A stretch of 64,000 bases of DNA, taken from the human T2T-CHM13v2.0 reference genome, Homo sapiens. Position 1 is the stretch's first letter. Every line of letters begins with the position of its first letter. The translations under genes and the position numbers were made by a program. This document shows, one piece after another, positions 25,351 through 40,512 of the stretch. Location of the stretch: NCBI RefSeq assembly GCF_009914755.1, contig NC_060931.1; one strand, given 5' to 3'. The notes beneath the pieces are model-generated. The model did no database searches. It had not been told where the DNA came from and saw only the letters and a program-made list of their open reading frames with translations.

Positions 25351-28300
25351 AAAACATGGCTTTTATTATATTGAGATTGTTTCCTTCTATTCCTAGTTTG
25401 TTTAGTATTTTTCATCATAGTGAGTGTTGAATTTTGTCAAATACTTTTTTCTTAGATCCTGTGGTTATCTTCTTCCCCTCATTCTGTTAATGTGGTGTAT
25501 TATATTGGTTGATTTTCAAACATTGAGCTATCCTTGCATTCAAGATAAAAAACCCCACTTGATCATTGTGTATTATCCTTTAATATGCTGCCAAATTTGC
25601 TTTAGTAATATTTTGTTGAGGACTTTTGCATCAGTGCTCATAAGAGACATTGGTCTGTAGTTTTCTTATAGTGTCTTTGTGTGGCTTTGGTATTCTATGA
25701 GGATTGGCATCATAGAATTTGCCAGGAACTCTACCCTCCTCTTTAATTTTTGAGAAAAGATTGAGAATGGTTGGTATTAGACATTCCTTAAAGGTTTGGT
25801 AGGATTCCCCATAAGCCCATCCAGTACTTTTCTTTGTTAGGAGATTTATTTTTTTATTCCTGATTCAATCTCCTTACTATTTTAAGTCTATTCAGAGATT
25901 TATTTCTTTGTGATTTACATTTTGTATTTCTAGGAATTTGTCCATTTTATTTAGATTATCCAACTTCTTGGGATACAATTGTTTATAGTAGTCACTTGTA
26001 ATTCTTTCAGTTTCTATGGAAAGGGTAATGTCCCTATTTTTATTTCTGATTTTACCAATTTGAGCCTTCTTTCTTCTTAGTTCATCTAGCTAAAGGTTTG
26101 TCAAATTTGTTGATCTTTTCAAAGAACCAACTTCTGGTTTCATTGATTTTCTTCTTTTTTTTTGCCATTCATTATTTTATTTATCTCTGCCGTAATCTTT
26201 ATTATTTCCTTCCTTATGTTAGCTTTGGGTTTCGTTTGTTCTGATTTTTATAGTTTATTAAGCTGTAAAGTTAGGTTGTTGATTTGATACCTTTCTTGTT
26301 TTCTAATATAAATATTTTCAAATTTCCCTCTTAGAAATGTTTTCTCCTATTCCTAGTTTGTTGAGTTGAGTACTTTTTATCATAAAAGGGTGTTGAATTT
26401 TGTCAAATGCTCTTTTCTTAGCATTTGCTCTGCCCCATACTTTTTGGTTTGTTGTGTTTTCATTGTCATTGATCTCTAAGTATGTTTCCATTTCTCTTGT
26501 GATATTTTCTCTGATCCCTTTGCTATTTAATAGTGTGCTGTTGAGTTTCCAAATATTTAGGAATTTTTACTTCTATTAGGAAGTTTTACTTCTATTTTTG
26601 ATTTGTAACTTTATCCTATTTTGATAAGAAAAACATACTTTGTGATATTTCTGTCTTTTTACATTTGTTGAGAACAAATTGTGGCCTAACATATCGTCTA
26701 TTCTGAAAAATGTTCCATGAGCATTCGAGAAGAATGTGTACACTATTGTTGTTGGGTGGAGTGTTCTGCACCTGTATGTTAGATCTAGTTGTTTTATTGT
26801 GTTGTTTAAGTTCTCTACTTTCTTTATCTTCTGTCTGGCTGTTCCACCCATTATTGAGAATGGAGCATTAAACTCTCCAACTATTATTGTAGAACTGTTT
26901 ATTTCTCTTTTCAATTCTATCAGTTTTCTCTTCATATGTTTTGATGGTCTGTTATTGGGTGTGTAAATGCTTATAATTTTTACATTTTCTTTCTATATTA
27001 AAGCTTACCTTAGCATATAACATTCCTTGTCCCTTGTAAACTTTTTTGTTTGAAAGTGTATGTTGACTAATATTATGGCCACAGCTGCTCTGTTTTGATT
27101 ACTATCTGCATGGAATATCTTTTCCCATCCTTTCATTTTCAGTCTATTTGTGTCTTTGGATCTAAAGTTAGTCTCTTATAGAGAGCATATAGTTGAATCA
27201 TGTATCTCTATTCATTCTTCCAATCTCTCTCTTTTGAGTGGAGAGTTTAATCCATTTACATTTCAAGTAACTACTGATAAGAAGGGATTTGGTTGTTTTA
27301 CTATTTGTCCTCTATATGCCAGATAGCTGTTTTGTCCCTCATTTCCTTTTGTGTTTGGTTAATTGATTTTCTTTTGGTATAATATGTTGTTTTTAATTTC
27401 CTGTTGTGTATATTTCATAACTATTTTCTTTTTGGTTACCATGAGAATTATATTTAAAATCCTAAAGTTTTCTCACTCTAACTTGAATTTCTACCAGGTT
27501 AACTTCAATAACATACAGAAACTCTGTTTTTTTATAGCTTCCTCGCCACTGCTTTTTGTTATTGATGTCACAAAATTATATATTTACACATTGTGCACAT
27601 GAAAACTTAAGCTAATAATTCTTTTAAATACATCAGTTTCTGAAATTACCTAGAAAACAAAAAGCGGAGTTACAAAGCATTTTTAGAATAAAATTAGCTT
27701 TTGTAATTGCTCATGTATTTACCTTTATTAAGAACTTTTTTTCTTCATACAGTTTTCAATGACTATACAGGGTCTTTTCATTTTGCTGTGCAGGACTCCC
27801 TTGAACATTTCCTGCAGGGCAGATCTAGTGGTTACAAACTCCCTCAGCCTTTTTCTATCTGGAAATGTCTTACTTTCTCCCTCATTCTGAAGGACAATTT
27901 TTCCAGATATAGGATTCTTGTTTTGCAAGTTTTTTTTTCTTTTAGCACTTTGACTATATTGGCTACTGCCTTCCTGCCTCCAAAGTTTCTGATAAGAAAT
28001 CTGCTGATAATCTTATTAAGGATCTCTTATATGTGATGAGGTGCTTCTATTTTGCTGCTTTTAAGATTCTCTTTGAGTTCATCTTACTTGAGGTTTGTTG
28101 AGATTCTTGATATTTACATTCATGTAATTAATCAATTCATGTAATTCATCAAATTTGGGAAGTTTACAGCTATTATTTCTCCAAAATTCTCTCTGTCTCT
28201 TTCTCTCTTTTTACCTTTTGGTATTCCCCCAACGTGTATTGGTCCACTTGATGGTGTTCCACAAGTCCTTTAGGCTCTGTTTACTTTTATTCAATTTGTT

Positions 28301-29959
28301 TTCTTTCTGTTCCTCAGTCTAAAAAATTCTTATTGTCTTATCTTTAGGTTCACTAATTCTGTTTTTGTTCTGCCTGATTAAATCTGCCTTTGAATCCCTC
28401 TAGTGAAGTTTTCATTTCAGTTATTGTACTCTTCAGCTCCAGAATTTCTTTTTTATTTCTTTTTAGGTTTTCTGTCTCTTTATCGATACTTCAATTTTTT
28501 GTTCAAAAATTGTTGGGTTTGTTTTTTTTTTTTTACTTCACATCTTCCTTCAGTGGTTTGAGTACCTTTAATGCAGTTGTTTTAAACTCTTTGTCTAGTG
28601 TATCTACTATCAGGTCTTTTCCAGAGAGTAGTTCTATTTCTTTCTTTTTTTATTTCCCCTTTTCCTGGGCCATAGTTTTCCATTTCTTTGTGTACCTTGT
28701 AATTTTTTAGTCAAAATTGAATGTCTGAATCTAATAATGTGGCAACTCCAGAAATCAGATTCCCTAAGGTTTGCTGGGTTTTGTTATGGTTTTGTTGATT
28801 ATTTTTATTTTTTAATTTTTTTTTTTTTTTGGTGATCTCTGTGTTAAGGATTGTACTGAGGTATAAACTTAAGATCCTCTCGGGTCTTTCCTTAGTCTTT
28901 CACTAGGCATGCATGGTCACTTTCTAATTTTCCCTATATGCAGTTGTATTTTAAAAATTCCCTAGTCTTTAGTCTGGCTTTTAAAAGACAATAAAGAAAA
29001 AAAATAGATGGGGGGAAAAGGGCACTAGCCTTATAAATCTGCTGGAAGTCACTCCAGTGAAAGGGAAAAGAGCTTGTAACAATGAGGGGAGGTGCAGCAA
29101 AAATGGCCACTTATCTTTTTGCACCTCTGTGATCAGAAGCAGCAATTAGCAATCAGAGCACAGATCTCAAATATTTGGAGAAAAGAGTTTTATTTTGTTT
29201 GTTTGTTTGTTTTGGTTTTTTTGTTTTTGTTTTTGTTTTTGTTTTTCCCATTCTGGCTCTAGCAAGCTGTTTGCAAGCTGCTCCAGGAACAAACAGCTGC
29301 CTGCCATGTGGATGAGGGGTGCAGAATGAGTAGCTGCTACGGTATTTAGAGTAGAAATGGACTGAAATTAGTCACAATTTACCATTCCAGTCTTCCCCTG
29401 GAAGTTGCAAACTTTTAATAGACTCTACAGTTTCAAAATAGTTATGTCAGAGAGGTTCTTCCAGTAAAATTGTTGTCTAAGTAAGGAGACAGATTTCTAA
29501 TGCTTCCTACTCTGCCATCTTCTCAGAATTTTCTATCAGAATTTAATTTTTCTTAGACACCAATATGCAAATTAGAAGTGAGCTCCTGCTACTAATGAAC
29601 AACCTGGGACTGGAGGTGATGGTAGATGGGACAAACAAAGTGCACATCCTTATTTCTGATGCTGAAGCAGGAGGAAAAAAAGATTCTAAAAATCCTTGTT
29701 TCAATAAAAATTTGAGAGCCATCTCCAATTTTTGGTTACTCACCATCTACTCTTGCTATGAAAATGTTACTGGACCACATCATAATAAAACCCCACTCCA
29801 AGAGGAACAATGAGCCTTATATCCACTGCCTCTGTCCCCCAGCCTGAGGGAAGACACCCTAGCTGAGAGAGAACCTCTCATAAAACCACAAGTGACAGAT
29901 AGAGGAGATGGGGGTTGGGGCTTTTCTCTTCTACTTTGTTCTTTGGAACAAAGAGAATT

Positions 29960-30272
29960 GGACTTTTCAGTGGTGACTCATGCCTGGAATCCCAGCCCTC
30001 TGGGAGGCAAGATGGTCAGATCACTTGAAATCAGGAGTTCAAGACCAGCCTAGCCAACATGGTGAAACTCTGTCTGTACTGAAAATACAAAAATTAGCTG
30101 GGCATGGTGGTGTGCACCGCTAATCCCAGTTACTTGGGAGGCTAAAGTGAGTCAGGAGAATCCCTTGAACCTGGGAGGTGGAGGTTGCAGTGAGCAGAGG
30201 TGGTGCCACTGCACTCCATCCTGGGTGACAGAGCAAGACTCCGACTCAAACAACAACAACAACAACAAAACA
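29960..30272 (+). mobile_element. Alu (S-type, diverged) with (CAA)n tail
   Basis: Sense dimer; agaattgg flanking duplication. Confidence 0.93.
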
Positions 30273-30469
30273 AAGAATTGGCCTTTGTTTCAAGAGTTTG
30301 GGCTTGATGAGTGTTCAAGTTTGCTGAGTATTTAACTGGACAAGGATAAACTGTCCTCGAGTATTTATTCCTCTAGGTAACTCAAGTTATCCGGAAAAAT
30401 TATGTGGTGTTTCTTAACATTCAAATTGATTTTTTAAAGTGTAATTTTCTATCGATAGAAAAGCATCAA

Positions 30470-31285
30470 CTTGCTTCTTCTGCAGTCATCTTCATTGCTG
30501 CAAAAGGCAACTCTAACTTTCCAGTTGCTCATGCCAAAATATTGGCATAATTTCTGACTTCTTGTTTCTTTTATATCCCACATTCCACCTATTGGCAAAT
30601 AAGAATGTTCAAAATATACCCAGAAATCTATCACTTCTACCTCTTTTGTTGCTACTATTCTGGAGCAAGCTGCCATCCTTTCTCACCTCAAGGGTATTGT
30701 GGTAGCCTTTCTACTGTCTCTCTCATTCCACTCTTGCCCATCCACTGTATTTTCTCAACACAGTGTCCAGAGAAATCCTTTTACAATGTAGTTCAAACAT
30801 GTTATTTCTCTGCACAAAATCCTCCAATAGCTTCCCATCTTAAGAGCTTCCTTTCTTGCATCCTATCATTTCTCTGACCATGCGGAATCCAACTTCAGGG
30901 TCTCTTAGAGTCTAATTTGTTATTCCCAGTCCCACTTAAGTTGCTCCCCCAGATATCTAGTTTATTGTATTGATTCCTAATCTTTGTTCAAATATCACCT
31001 TCACAAGGAGGCCTTCAAATCATCTAGAAAAAAAATATATCATTTTCTCCCTCCTCATTCCCACTTCACCGGACCTATCTTCCTCTTCTTACTCTTTGCT
31101 CATGACACCTGTTATCATCTGAAATACCATATACTAACTTATTTATTTAGTGTGTCTGTTCTCTGTATTGGAATAGAAGTGTCACAAGAACAGAAACCTT
31201 GTTTTGCGCACTATTGTATCTCCACTGCCCTCAAGTGACTAGATCATAATGAGAGCCTGGGGAACATTTTATTGAATTATCTATT
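30470..31285 (+). mobile_element. L2 3' portion
   Basis: ttccagttgctcatgccaaaa...aaatatacccagaa...caaaatcctccaatagcttccc...tttattgaat. Confidence 0.8.
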
Positions 31286-31889
31286 GAAGTTTTATAATGT
31301 TATCTTAGGCTTCCCTAGGGATATTTCTAAGTTCTTAAAAATGCATGCTTATTAATACGAAGAGGACCAGACAAGGGAACGTGAACAGATGATTGAAAAT
31401 CCATCCGTCTTGGGGAAATGATTCAACAGAAATGCTATAATTGTACTGAAAATATAAGAATGTCTTCATGGAGAAATCTAGCGTCCACATTAACACAACT
31501 AAATGTTGCCACTGGTGGCAGTTTAGCTTTGTGTCTGGAGTATATACTGACTCATTCATTATTTTTTGAAGCAATACTTCAAGATTTAATTTAACCAAAG
31601 AGGTAAGTTTGTAAACAGCATCATGGAAGTAAATGTAGTGCTGGTGAGGAAAATAGAAGGAGTACTTGAGAAAAATGTCAGTTGGGTATAATGACTCTGT
31701 GATTATGAAATATGATAATAAAGATATGCTGTTGCTTTGAATAACTTGAAAGATTAAATCTGTACAGGATGTTCTTCTTTCTCTTTTCTGTTGTCATCAC
31801 TAAAATAGCACATTTAAAAAAAATTACCTTGGAATGCAATGACCTAACTAAAGACTGTTTATCAGAAAAAAAAGTCTACTTACCTCTCG

Positions 31890-32710
31890 TCTCTCCCACT
31901 CACCCCAGTTTACTTTGCCAGATACCCTAACCCTGCTTCCAGTAACCCTTTATTTTCATCTGTTTTCCTTGCTCCCTTTCACATTAGTAGCCTCACTTTA
32001 CCCTTGTGACTTCTTGATCAGCTACTTCAGTATTACTCTTGCTACCATACTGACTTCCCCACCTTCAACAATATGCTTGATGTTTTTTTCTATACCTTAA
32101 CTTCTCATGTCTAGTCCACAGCCATGAGTCACATCTTGGCTGGACACCAACATTTTTTCCTCTTTTATTCACTTTCGTTTATATTTCCTCTCCTATCTTC
32201 AATGCCTCAACTAACAATAGTGCCTAACTAAGACTTTGTGAAGAAGGTTAATCATTCTTCCTGCATCTCTTTTTCCATATAGTTCAGGAAAATGGATTTC
32301 TTTTTTCGCTGAGATTCCATTCAACATTTGCCACCCTCATCTTATGCTGTCCCACTTCTTTTGGGACTACTTTCATGTTTTGTCCTCTTCCTTGCAAACA
32401 TTATTTCTCTCTTTCTATCTCCTTAGGATTTTTATATCCTCAAATATGTTCAATAGGCCCAAATGATCATATCAAAACCAAACCAAACAATCAGAACCAA
32501 AATTGCACAAAGCCTTGAGAATCCTTATGGTCTTTATTTAACTGCTAATCTTTTAGTGTAAAACTCAAGGGTGTAGACTCACTCAACATTTATGCTTTTT
32601 ATTTATGCTCACACTTTATAAACTATTTCTCCCCATTTGCCTGGAACCACTCATAGGAAACCACTTGCCAGTGTATCACCAATTACCTTCTTCTAGCCTT
32701 TCTTTAGTCT
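31890..32710 (+). mobile_element. Degraded L2 fragment
   Basis: Pyrimidine-rich L2-like sequence; weak. Confidence 0.45.
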
Positions 32711-32984
32711 TTCCTTAATTATTTCGTGAACACCTACTTTATGCAAGGAAATTATATTAGGCAGTGAAGAGGGAGAATAAGACAATAAACACAACAACTA
32801 ACCTTAGATTGCTTCTAAGTAGAAAGGCTACGTTATTTATTTAGTGTTGGTTGGAAAATGGGTAGAAAAAAATGTAATTGGATGGAAAAGCATAAGGCAA
32901 GGGGTAAGCATCTTATATAAAAATAGCACAAAAAACAAGTACAGTAAGTAAAGAGGTTAAATGATATAGTGAGAACGAAACTTT

Positions 32985-33108
32985 CTGGTCAGAGTGATAA
33001 TTAGAATCCTAGCTTCACAATTCAATAGTTCTATGACTTTGGTGAAGTTGTCTACCTCATTAAATTAGTTTTCTGTAAAATAGGAATATAATTATAACCA
33101 CTTCAAAA
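32985..33108 (+). mobile_element. MIR fragment
   Basis: aatcctagcttcac...tatgactttggtgaagt...tctgtaaaatagg. Confidence 0.65.
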
Positions 33109-33111
33109 AGT

Positions 33112-33817
33112 TAGCTTGCATAGCAAGGGTGACCTTTACTGCAGCTCCCAACAAGTTCAAAATCTCCATCTGAGATCACCCCAACCTGGACTTTATTGTC
33201 CATATCACTATCAGCATTTTGGTCAAAGCCATTCAACAAGTCTCTAGGAAGTTCCAAACTTTCCCACATTTTCTTGTCTTATGAGCCCCCCAAGTCTCTA
33301 GGAAGTTCCAAACTTTCCCACATTTTCCTGTCTTCTTCTGACCCCTCCAAACTGTTCCAAACTCTGCCTGTTGCCCGGTTCCAAAGTCTCTGTCACATTT
33401 TTGGGTATCCTTGTAGCAGCACCCAACTCTACAGGTACCAATTTACTGTATTAGTCCATTCTCGCACTGCTAATAAAGACATACCAGAGACTGGGTAATT
33501 TATAAAGGAGAGAGATTTAATTGATGCACAGTTCCACAGGGCTAGGAGGCCTCAGGAAACTTACAAGCATGGTAGAAGGGGAAGCAAACACACCCATCTT
33601 CACATGGTGGCATCAAGGAGAAGTGCAGAGTGAAGTGGGGGAAAGCCTCTTATAAAACCTTCAGATCTCATGAGAACTCACTATCATGAGAACAGCATGG
33701 GGGTAACCACCCCCATGATTCAATTACCTCCCACCAGTTCCCTCCCATGACACACGGGAATTATAGGGACTACAGTTCAAGATGACATTTGGGTGGGGAC
33801 ATAGCCAAACTATATCA
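33112..33817 (-). mobile_element. THE1 (C/D-type) 5' LTR (33447-33817) plus ~330 bp of internal sequence
   Basis: tgtattagtccattctc...gccaaactatatca; adjacent internal ggtaccaatttac junction and caagtctctaggaagttccaaac. Confidence 0.92.
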
Positions 33818-33819
33818 GT

Positions 33820-34510
<691 letters not shown>

Positions 34511-35463
34511 TTGAATGCTGTTCAGTTAACTTCCTTTGAAAATTCAATTTTATCCACTTTATGTATATACTTATTAAATATTTTCCAAATTTTACTCACA
34601 AAGGGCAGTAAGCACTCCATATGAGTTGAATTACATTTTTATTTTCAAAATATTTGCTATTAATTAGTGTTATAATATTCTACTTAGTTGGCAGTACAAC
34701 CTCATTGTTTTACTTATTTTATTAATCCATTCATCATCCCGGTAGCAAGACAAACAAACAAATCATACTTTGGTTACATAAGAAGGTAGAAAAGTGGATC
34801 ATACATTGCAGAGAATTGTAAAGTAATAACATTGGTAAAAGAAGCTAAGAAATGTTGCAAGAGTAGCTTGAAAAGGGGTCAGTTATTTTAGGGTAGATTT
34901 TGTCATGTGAGGGGAGAAATATTGAAAAAATGGTGTCTGTGTTCAGGTGCTTCAATCACAACGTAGGGAGACTGCCTCCTTTAGAAATGATTGTGGTGTG
35001 TGAGTAGGAGGCCGATGCAGATGGAACATGGTGATCAAGAACTAATAAGCATGGGTCACAAAGGCAGGGTAAGTCATTGAGGCTGAATTCAGAAGATGAA
35101 CAACACAGACCTGTAACCATGGAAACACAATAGGCCAAGGATAATTCTAAACCTCTGATCAGTTTTTGTTTAGTATTAAATGCCACTTAGAAAAGAAGGA
35201 AAATGAAGTGCAGGCAATACCCAGACTTACACTTCACAAAGCTTTTTAAAGCCAAACAAGCATGGAGATATTGAATGTTTGCCCTGACTAACGGCAGGCT
35301 CATATGCCAATACTCGTCAAAGCAGACACAGAAATGTATCCTCACAAAGGAAGCAACAGGACTAGCAAACATTTTCATTTTTCTCTTGGTATAGAAAATC
35401 AAAGTTACTAAAGACACATGACCAGATATGTGAAGTGATTGATGGAAATAAAATGATGTTGAC

Positions 35464-35998
<535 letters not shown>

Positions 35999-36409
35999 TA
36001 GGTAAAGGGGCCCTTTGGAGAGTGAAACGAATTTCACAGAAGTCTTGATACTCCAGCTCATCCATCTGTGTAGGGAATGTCTCTGAGATCCTCATTCACA
36101 ATATATTTCTTCTTATTGTATATACAGTTGGATTAAATTTGAATATTTTGTTACCAAGCACCTAGCAGATTAGAAATCAAATTTAAGAAGAAAGGAATGA
36201 AGTCATAGCAAAAGGCACATTGACTCTTGTGAGCATAACAGCTGTGACTACTGTATACGTGAGTTACAAGTAACAAGGGAAGAGACTGAACAACATTTTT
36301 TTTAATGATGAAAGCTTTGAGTATAATAATTTACACTTATTCACTTGAGAAATAGATGGTCCGGCTCACCTCATTGGCCATGAAGATATCATATTATATA
36401 ATCAAGAAT

Positions 36410-36680
36410 AACAAACGATAATAACAAATATATATTAAGTGCTTGCTATGTGCTAAGCACTGGAGGTAGGCATTTTAAGTACATTTATTATCTCAGTTAA
36501 TTCTTGAAACTGCCATGCCATACAGATATTATTATTACTTTTATTTTACAGATGAGGGAAGTATCAGATAGTTTAACTAATTTACTATGTGTTAGTAAAC
36601 TTCAGGGGGCTGAAATGCGATTCAAACTCTGATCTTTAGAATTGTAAAGCCCAAGCTTTTTAAATATCTTTGTACCATTC
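36410..36680 (-). mobile_element. MIR
   Basis: gtgcttgctatgtgctaagcactg...ttttacagatgagggaa. Confidence 0.75.
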
Positions 36681-36771
36681 TTCACTACTTTATACTGCAT
36701 CTCAAAAAAGAAATATTTCTCAACTTATTTTCTTTTGAACTAGAAGAGAAGTGAGCTAATCAAGTTACATT

Positions 36772-36990
36772 TATAATAGCTAGATTTATTGAGAGGTAAG
36801 CATATGCTAAACACTTAGCTAGACTTACATGCATTATTTCATTTTCCACCTCAGCCATAGCAGGGGAATACTACTAGTATTCCTATTCAACTGCTGAAGA
36901 AACTAAGTCTTAGAGAAGTTTCACTCATCCTCAGTCACACAACTTTTAAATGGTGGAGTAGAGTTGGAATTTGGAATACGTGTTTCTAAT
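36772..36990 (-). mobile_element. MIR
   Basis: atttattgag...gaagaaactaagtcttagagaagt...gtcacacaact. Confidence 0.7.
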
Positions 36991-38139
36991 ACCTGGTATG
37001 TCTAGCTGGATGAAGATTGGGATTTGTTTTTGAAGATTCTTGGACAAATTCCATTTAATAAACTAAAAATAATCTTTGATATTTACAATGTAATTCATAG
37101 CTTTTTTTCCTTACCCTTGGAAAAATAAAGTTAAAAATTAACAAATATTGTTAACTAAATTAGTTATATCAAGGTCTGTGTGCTTGCATCTGAGAGTTAT
37201 AAATTGCAACACAATGCATAAAGGGACTATGTAATCTTTGCTGAATTCCTTTGCGAACCTTCACATTTTCTGGAAATTATCCTCAATTATTGATAATTAG
37301 TTGCAATTCAAGAGGGCAAAAGGACAAAGGCACACAGGGTGCTGCCCATTGAAATAGTCCCGGAGTGTATCAGATGAGGAAAAGAAGTTCTGATTGGCCG
37401 TAATCACTGCCTGTCATTTCTCTCTTATTGGGTGTAACATTTCCCTCTTTGAAGTAGTTGCATGATTGTGTCCGCAGATGCTAACTTTGTGTTGGCCACT
37501 GTGGAGCCCACAAGAATGGCCTTATGGATATCCTACCACAGGAAGTATAACTGGCTGAGTGCCCTATGTGCAGCTGCACATTAAAATCTAATATTGCATT
37601 TGTGCAGAGGCCTGCCTCCCATGGACCACTCTACACCAATGACCAAGTGAGGTGGGGATACTAAGGCAGAGACCTCTTTTTGGGAGACAGATGACTCTTT
37701 CATTGGCCAACTTTGGCCTGAAAAAATTCACAAATGTTGCCAAAACTGCAGCCTCCCCTCCCTCTCTTCCACACACGGGGCAGATTCACGTCATGGCCTA
37801 AGGGCTCTCCCTTTCTTTTTCTCCCTTTCTATTTGCCCTTATATGGTTATTTTCCCTAAGAACTCCACTTCATGTCTAATCCTGTCTTCGTTGTGCCTTC
37901 TACGTTTGCAGAGTTGACCCAACATCTTTTAGTAAGGAAGGGTTAGGAATTCTACTTTGCTGAAAGATGCTGCAGAAGCCTTCTCCTTTTCTTCTGACAC
38001 AAGGAAACAGGTGTCCTCTCAGAACCTTCACTCACTTCCTTTCTTGGCTGCTGGGCTGATAATTAGGGTTAAAGCCCAGCATCACCTGGCTGGGACATTC
38101 TGGATCTGAAAAGGGAGGAAAAAGACTATACATGTAAAA

Positions 38140-38355
38140 CAGGGCTTATCAAACATGGCACTAGTGACAATTTAGATTGAATATTTTGTTTTCCTTGTGG
38201 AGGGTTTCCTGGGTATTGTAGGATGTTTAGCATGATCCTTGGCCTCTCCCCATTAGATGCTGGTTGTGACATCCTTGGTTGTGATAAACAAAAATATCTC
38301 CAGATGTTTCCAAATGTTGCTTGGGGGAAAAGATGCCTGCAGCTGAGAACAATTA
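38140..38355 (-). mobile_element. MER20 (hAT-Charlie) inside ERV-L gag
   Basis: cagggcttatcaaacatggcactagtgaca...taggatgtttagca...aaaaatatctccaga...tgagaacaatt. Confidence 0.85.
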
Positions 38356-39269
38356 ACCTAAAGAATAACAAGAACTGGTTGAGGTCCTTTTTATCAGTGC
38401 CCCAACATTGGCATAGAGCAGTAAATTAAGGGAGTATTTTGGGATTTTGATGGTACTTGATTAGATGGCTGGATTCTAAAGCAAGATAAGCAAGTATTCA
38501 TTTCTTAGGACATGAAATTTAACATGCTGCATGGCAGATGGCAGGTGAGAGAATAAAAAGATTGAGAGAAATGGGCATAATGGGATGGATATATTTTGTA
38601 TGGCCAGAAGACCCACCAGAGGTCTGGGATCCAAGAGAGATCCCAGATAATACACCATTTACCAAGGTCATCAGGATTATGCTGGTGAGACAGGCATCAG
38701 CATCACCAAGAAGTGTATACAGGCCAGTGATGATAGTAGGAGGTGCAGCCGCAGAGCTGGGCTTATTAGCATCTGTGGGAATGGTCGGGCTCCACAGTAA
38801 TACAGGCCAGGTGGTATTGCTTAATTATCACAAGCCAGAAAGCTGGAATAATCATTATAATTGGTAAAGTCATTGTGGAGATGGTAACTATAGCCTGGTA
38901 TTCCTAGAAGCAAGTAAATGGAAAGCCAGCAAGAGTGCTATGGAGAAAACACTTTCTACGCTTAGAAATATTGCTCTGGCACATATACCTGGTGACATAG
39001 AGGGCTGCTATCTTTGGCTGGGGCCAAGAGAAGTAAAAGTTACTGTAGCATATCCACTTGGCAGTGCAATCAGCCCCACTACTTGGCCAGTACAATACAG
39101 CATATCTTATGGTGATGGAAGTATCAATGGTGAGAAAAAATGCAGCATAGAGCTAATAGAATGATCCAGTATGAAAAATCACATTAAACACTCCTGGGAT
39201 TCTAGGCTTCAGGTCATGCATCCCACCAACAAAGAGTTATATGTCCTTTGCAAAAGAGCTCTAGGCATT

Positions 39270-39630
39270 TGATATGGTTTGGTCATGTCCCCACCCAAAT
39301 TTCATCTTGAATTGTAGCTCCCACAATCCCCACATGTCAGAGGGACCCAGTGTGAGGTAATTGAATCACAGGGCTGGGGTTTTCCTGTGCTGTTCTCGTG
39401 ACAGTGAATACGTATCATGAGATCTAATGGTTTAACAAAGGGCAGTTCCCCTGCACATGCTCTCTTGCCTGCCACCATATAAGATGTGCCTTTGCTCCTC
39501 CTTCACCTTCCACCATGATTGTGAGACCTCCCCAGCCATTTGGAACTGTGAGTTCATTAAACCTCTTTTTCTTTATAAATTACTCAGTCTTGGGTACTTC
39601 TTCATAGCAGTATGAAAATGGACTAATACA
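39270..39630 (+). mobile_element. THE1 (C/D-type) solo LTR inside ERV-L pol
   Basis: tgatatggtttgg...ggcagttcccctgcacatgctctcttgcc...ggactaataca. Confidence 0.92.
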
Positions 39631-40097
39631 GCAGCTTACTAGACCCTGCTAGATATGAAATGCTTAACCTATCATGTGACCATATGCCTGGAACATCCCA
39701 TTATGAGATGAATTCTAGTGGATGATCCCAGTGGTAAGCAAGCTGGAAATTACACATCTTAGATCAAGTATGGGGATATCCAGAGGGCATGAGTAATCTG
39801 CATGAGGAGGTAGCCTAGATTTTCATGTCACCCAGCCCTGTTACACAAATGACCTTTCCCCAGCTTGTTCATATGGGTCTTCTCTTACCAACTGAAAAGG
39901 GTCAAAAAATCCCATGTTTGGGTTATAAATGTGTTGACTTGTTATATGGGTAAAAAACAAGAATAGATAGTATCTGCATTATAGTCATATTTAGAGCTGG
40001 ACCTGAGAGACAGGGGAGAGAAAAAATCTTCCCAATAGGTGAAGCTGTAAGGAGTGCACTTGATTATCCACTTTGTGTGGAAGGAAAAGTGGTTCAA

Positions 40098-40512
40098 CCA
40101 AGATGCCCCTCAATGGTGGACTGGATGAAGAAAATGTGGTACATATGTACCATGGAATACCATGCAGCCACGAAAAAGAATGAAATCATGTTATTTGCAG
40201 CAACATCAATGCAGCTGAAATCCATTATCTTAAGCAAATTAATAAAAGAACAGAAAACCAAATACCATGTATTTTCACTTACAAGTGGGAGATAAACATT
40301 GAGTACACACAGACTCAAAGATGGGAACAATAGACACTGGTGACTACTAGACAGAAAAGAGTAGGAGGGGAAAGAGGGTTGAAAAACTAGCTGTGCTCAC
40401 TACCTGGGTGACAGGATCATTTATTCACCAAATCTCAGTGATAAGAAATTTACCCATGTAAAAAAACCTGCACCTGTACCCCATGAATCTAACATAAAAA
40501 TCAGAAAAAAAA
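40098..40512 (+). mobile_element. Short 5'-truncated L1 (L1PB/old L1PA) inside ERV-L RNaseH
   Basis: aaaatgtggtacat...A tail; TSD aaaa(g)tggttcaa on both sides. Confidence 0.9.

Larger units (their letters stand above)
21482..29530 (-). mobile_element. Near full-length old L1 (L1MB-type 3' end), with nested L1PA and Alu
   Basis: 3'UTR at 21.5 kb; ORF2; endonuclease remnant (26576-26935 IIVGEFNAP..FSNAHGTFFRID); ORF1 remnant (27728-27928); 5' end with YY1 motif gccatctt at 29514-29521. Confidence 0.9.

Noticed and set aside
20145-27928. L1 ORF1/ORF2-like ORFs as functional genes or an active L1
   Set aside because: Short fragments with stops and frameshifts in truncated or interrupted elements
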